Origin: an uncultured Planctomycetia bacterium
Lineage (GTDB): Bacteria > Omnitrophota > Gorgyraeia > Tantalellales > Tantalellaceae
Assembly (NCBI GenBank): GCA_964527765.1
Contig: CAZGQR010000003.1
Coordinates: forward strand, 75,366 to 139,365
DNA: 64,000 nt
Direction: 5' to 3'
Positions within the stretch are counted from its first letter, which is position 1. Each line of letters starts with the position of its first letter. The notes under the pieces were generated by a model. It ran no database searches and had not been told where the DNA came from. It saw only the letters and a list, made by a program, of their open reading frames with translations. The position numbers were made by a program, and so were the translations under genes. Below, piece after piece: positions 59,279-64,000 of the stretch.

Positions 59279-61111
59279 ATGAAGAATTACATTAGATTCA
59301 TCAAACTCATATTGCCGCATGGCGGCGTTTTTGCCATGGCGGTCCTGTGCATGATCCTGTCGTCAGCTTTCAGCGCGTCCCCGCTGGCGCTCATTATTCC
59401 TCTTGTGGACAGGGTCATATCGGGCAAGCAGATCGCGGTTCCCGCCGGGGTCGAGCTTCCGGAGATACTGGCGCGCATGGTGGATTGGGTCAACGGCCTG
59501 TCGTCCCTGCAGCTCCTTAACGTTATGACCGCGATGATAGTCGGGATCTTCCTGCTCAAGGGGCTTTTTGAATTCCTGAAGCAATATCTGATGAGCGATG
59601 TAAGCCAAAAGGTGGTCCGGGACGTAAAGAATGCGATCTACAAAAAACTCCAGGACCTTTCCATGGAGTTTTACAGTCACAATCCCACCGGGCAGCTGAT
59701 GTCGCGCATCACTTATGACGCGGACGTGATCCGCGACGCCATAAGCACCGGAGTGGCGGATTCGTTCTCCCAGCCCATTGAGCTGGTGTTCTATCTCGGC
59801 GTGCTCATCAGCCTTAAATTGTACGGCGGGATCCCCTGGAACCTGATAATCATAAGTTTCGTGATCTTTCCCCTCGTTCTTTATCCTGTCGTGAGAATAG
59901 GCAAGAGATTACGGAAGATCAGCAAGAGCTCCCAGGAGAAGATCGGTGATATCAATAACATGCTTTTTGAGACGATATCGGCCATCAAGCTCGTCAAGTC
60001 TTTCTGCATGCAGGACTATGAGTGGAAGCGGTTCAGGGAGCAAAACCTGAAATTTTACAAATTGAACATGAAGTCCGTTAAGAGGATGAAGATCGTAAGC
60101 CCCCTGACCGAGGTTATGGCTGTGGCCTGTGTCGCGGTGATATTGTGGTTAGCCGGAAAGAACATAGTCAGCGGAGAGCTCTCCGCCGGGGTATTCACCG
60201 CTTTCCTGGCAGCGGTATTTTCCATGCTGAAACCCGTGAAAAAAATAAGCGGTGTTTACGGCATTAACCAGCACGCGCTCGCTGCCGCGGAACGCATATT
60301 CCAGCTTCTGGACGAACCGGTTACCATAAAAGAGAAGCCGGATGCCGTGGAACTCAGGTCTTTTGAGAAAAACATAACCTTTGAGAACGTTTCTTTCAGG
60401 TATGACAAGGAAGAGATCCTGAATGATATAGACCTTCGGATCAATAAAGGGGAGATAGTGGCGCTTGTCGGACCTTCCGGCGGCGGCAAGAGCACCCTTG
60501 TCAACCTGATCCCCAGATTTTATGATCCCGTCCGGGGTACTGTCCGCATCGACGGAATAGAGGTAAAAGACATATCGATCAGGTCTCTCAGGGAGAAAAT
60601 AGGCCTGGTGACCCAGGAGACGCTTCTGTTCAATGATTCGGTAAAGGTCAATATCAGCTACGGGCATGAGGACATTGACCACGAGCAGCTTGTCCGCGTG
60701 GCCAAGGCGGCCAATGCCCATCGGTTCATCAGGGATTTCCCGGAAGGGTACGATACCGTGATCGGGGAAAGAGGGCTCAGGGTCTCGGGGGGACAGAGGC
60801 AGCGGATAGCCATCGCCCGGGCCGTTTATAAGAATCCGCCTATTCTGATATTTGATGAAGCGACCTCTCAGCTGGACACCGAAAGCGAAAAACTGGTACA
60901 GGAAGCGATCAACAATCTGATGAAGGGAAGGACGGTCATCGTCATCGCTCACAGGTTGAGCACGATCAAGCACGCTGACAAGATCGTGGTCATAGACAGG
61001 GGCAGGATCATAGATAAGGGGTCGCATGAAGAGCTGATCGACCGGAACCCCCTGTATAGAAGGCTTTATGAAATGCAATTCATGGATCAGAGTCCCGTAC
61101 AAAACACTTGA
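59279..61111 (+). CDS. ABC transporter permease/ATPase fusion, MsbA-like exporter
   Basis: 6-TM domain plus an NBD with Walker A GPSGGGKST, signature LSGGQRQR, and Walker B ILIFDEATS. Confidence 0.8.
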   Translation: MKNYIRFIKLILPHGGVFAMAVLCMILSSAFSASPLALIIPLVDRVISGKQIAVPAGVELPEILARMVDWVNGLSSLQLLNVMTAMIVGIFLLKGLFEFLKQYLMSDVSQKVVRDVKNAIYKKLQDLSMEFYSHNPTGQLMSRITYDADVIRDAISTGVADSFSQPIELVFYLGVLISLKLYGGIPWNLIIISFVIFPLVLYPVVRIGKRLRKISKSSQEKIGDINNMLFETISAIKLVKSFCMQDYEWKRFREQNLKFYKLNMKSVKRMKIVSPLTEVMAVACVAVILWLAGKNIVSGELSAGVFTAFLAAVFSMLKPVKKISGVYGINQHALAAAERIFQLLDEPVTIKEKPDAVELRSFEKNITFENVSFRYDKEEILNDIDLRINKGEIVALVGPSGGGKSTLVNLIPRFYDPVRGTVRIDGIEVKDISIRSLREKIGLVTQETLLFNDSVKVNISYGHEDIDHEQLVRVAKAANAHRFIRDFPEGYDTVIGERGLRVSGGQRQRIAIARAVYKNPPILIFDEATSQLDTESEKLVQEAINNLMKGRTVIVIAHRLSTIKHADKIVVIDRGRIIDKGSHEELIDRNPLYRRLYEMQFMDQSPVQNT

Positions 61112-61257
61112 AATTAGGTGCGTTTTCTATATAATAGTCGTTTAGTTGTATGATGTTCGGACATTAAAACAGTTAGGCCCGCAGGGCGCAATGAGTCGCT
61201 GGTAGAGGATTTTATAATTGCGCAATATGCTCGGGATTAGCTGGGAAAGAAGGAGGA

Positions 61258-62115
61258 ATGCAAGCGATGACTTTAGACTCGACGCTTATAAGAGAATTGC
61301 TGGAAAACGGTGTGCATTTTGGGCATCAGACCAATAAGTGGAACCCAAAAATGAAACCGTACATTTTCGGCGAAAAAAGCGGTATCTATATCATTGATCT
61401 GAAAAAAACGGAGGAAGCGCTGACCGAAGCGCTTGATTTTCTCTACGGCCTGGCCGCTTCAGGCAAAACGGTGCTTTTTGTGGGGACAAAAAAACAGGCC
61501 AAGCAGATCATCAGGGAAGAGGCCCAGCGTTGCGAAATGTTCTTTGTGGATGAACGCTGGCTCGGAGGATGCCTTACTAATTTCACAACCATAAGAAAAA
61601 GCGTGGAAAGGCTTAATCACCTTCAGGAGATGAAGGCAAGCGAGATCTACGGGTCTCTTGCCAAAAAGGAAAAAGCCCACATCGACAGGGAAGAGTACAA
61701 GCTGCTCAAGAATCTCGGGGGGATACGGGACATGAAGGAGCTTCCGGATTGCCTTGTCGTTGTCGACGCGGAAGCCGAGCACATAGCTATCAGGGAAGCG
61801 TATAAGATGGGGATACCCGTCATAGCGCTCGTGGACACCAATTGTGATCCCACCATGATCGAGTACACGATCCCGGGTAACGATGACGCCATCCGGTCCA
61901 TCAAGTACATTGTTTCCAAGCTGGCGGACGCCGTAGAAAAAGGGCACAATGAATCTACGGGCAAGAAGACGGTCGAGAAAAAACGGGAAACGGAAGAGGA
62001 AAAGGCGCCGGAGGAGCCGCGGGCCGAAGTCAAAGAGAAAGAAAAGGAACCGGAAGCGGAGAGCGCCGAGGAAGAGATCATAGAAGGCGATATAAAGCTG
62101 GATGACGCGCAATGA
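61258..62115 (+). CDS. rpsB: 30S ribosomal protein S2 with an acidic KE-rich C-terminal tail
   Basis: GVHFGHQTNKWNPKM. An alternative start at 61267 has better RBS spacing. Confidence 0.9.
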   Translation: MQAMTLDSTLIRELLENGVHFGHQTNKWNPKMKPYIFGEKSGIYIIDLKKTEEALTEALDFLYGLAASGKTVLFVGTKKQAKQIIREEAQRCEMFFVDERWLGGCLTNFTTIRKSVERLNHLQEMKASEIYGSLAKKEKAHIDREEYKLLKNLGGIRDMKELPDCLVVVDAEAEHIAIREAYKMGIPVIALVDTNCDPTMIEYTIPGNDDAIRSIKYIVSKLADAVEKGHNESTGKKTVEKKRETEEEKAPEEPRAEVKEKEKEPEAESAEEEIIEGDIKLDDAQ

Positions 62116-62154
62116 TCAAGGCGTGGATCATCATTAATACAGGGGAGAGAAAGA

Positions 62155-63475
<1,321 letters not shown>

Positions 63476-63487
63476 GAGGTGGTTTTT

Positions 63488-64000
63488 ATGATTCAGACAG
63501 AAGGCGAAAGGATCGGCAAGGAAGCTGAATCTAAAATGAGAGCGGCACTGGAAGCCGTGCAGAAACAATTCTCGACGATAAGGACGGGGAGAGCGCATCC
63601 AAGTCTTGTGGAAGGCATCAAGGTGGATTATTACGGCACGAAGACCCCCCTCAAGCAACTGGCCAGTATAGCTACTCCGGAACCGCGCCTTATAGTGATA
63701 CAGCCGTGGGATAAGAATTCCGCCTCTGAGATAGAGAAAGCGATCCTTGCTTCCGATGTCGGGATAACCCCCATGAATGACGGTAAGGTCATCCGCCTAT
63801 CCATGCCTCAGCTGACGCAGGAAAGGCGCGAGGAACTGATCAAGGTCCTTCACAGGATCACCGAGGAAGGGAAAGTCTCGGTCCGTAATGCCCGCCATCA
63901 TGCTAATGAAGAATCCGTCAAGCTCGAAAAAGAGAACAAGATGACGGAAGACGACAAGTTCCAGGCCAAGGAGAGAGTCCAGAAACTGACGGATAACTAC
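63488..64000 (+). CDS. frr: ribosome recycling factor, 3'-truncated by the window edge
   Basis: MIQTEGERIGKEAESKMRAALEAVQKQFSTIRTGRAHPSLV. The ORF is still open at the window end. Confidence 0.85.
   Translation, partial: MIQTEGERIGKEAESKMRAALEAVQKQFSTIRTGRAHPSLVEGIKVDYYGTKTPLKQLASIATPEPRLIVIQPWDKNSASEIEKAILASDVGITPMNDGKVIRLSMPQLTQERREELIKVLHRITEEGKVSVRNARHHANEESVKLEKENKMTEDDKFQAKERVQKLTDNY

Overview
This 64 kb window looks like a bacterial chromosomal segment spanning the replication-origin neighbourhood. It is gene dense, mostly housekeeping, with a GC-rich third codon position, so long antisense shadow ORFs are everywhere and I ignored them. All calls below come from reading motifs and synteny by eye. 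No database search was run.

Layout:
- 1-13.2 kb: every gene is on the minus strand. It reads pyk -> otsA-otsB-TreT-like GT4 -> an exopolysaccharide-type block that ends in a stand-alone PilZ c-di-GMP receptor. The block is a PEGA-domain membrane protein, a processive GT2 synthase with D,D,D,QxxRW, a secreted clan GH-A hydrolase, a GT4-like protein and a polytopic membrane protein.
- 13.2-16.2 kb: tRNA-Asp, tRNA-Val, glmS, one hypothetical gene and tRNA-Glu.
- 16.2-24.3 kb (minus strand): dnaA-dnaN-DUF721(DciA-like)-gyrB-gyrA. The predicted oriC sits between dnaA and dnaN.
- 24.6-29.1 kb (plus strand): rpmH-rnpA-yidD-yidC, a Jag_N-only gene, then parAB flanked by two parS-like palindromes.
- 29.2-35.8 kb: a PyrR-attenuated pyrR-pyrB-pyrC-(Mut7-C nuclease)-pyrK-pyrD-pyrF-pyrE operon.
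- 35.9-42.8 kb: a Chlamydia/spirochaete-style V-type ATPase operon (E-DUF2764-A-B-D-I-K) running straight on from pyrE.
- 42.9-64 kb: rsmI, ndk, yicC-gmk-rpoZ-coaC-coaB plus a DUF1559 pilin-like gene, a tRNA-Cys/Leu/Val cluster, thrS-infC(ATT start)-rpmI-rplT, ktrBA, pheST, a candidate ncRNA/terminator, rarA, a ThiI-like PP-loop protein, rseC-like, msbA-like, and rpsB-tsf-pyrH-frr (frr runs off the 3' end).

Lineage guess (inference only): PVC-like or Omnitrophota-like.

No CRISPR array, IS element, integrase or rRNA gene was seen.

The most interesting unexplained content is the trehalose-plus-EPS-plus-PilZ locus at the left end, and the paired GTTTCCACGTGGAAAC palindromes around the parAB promoter.
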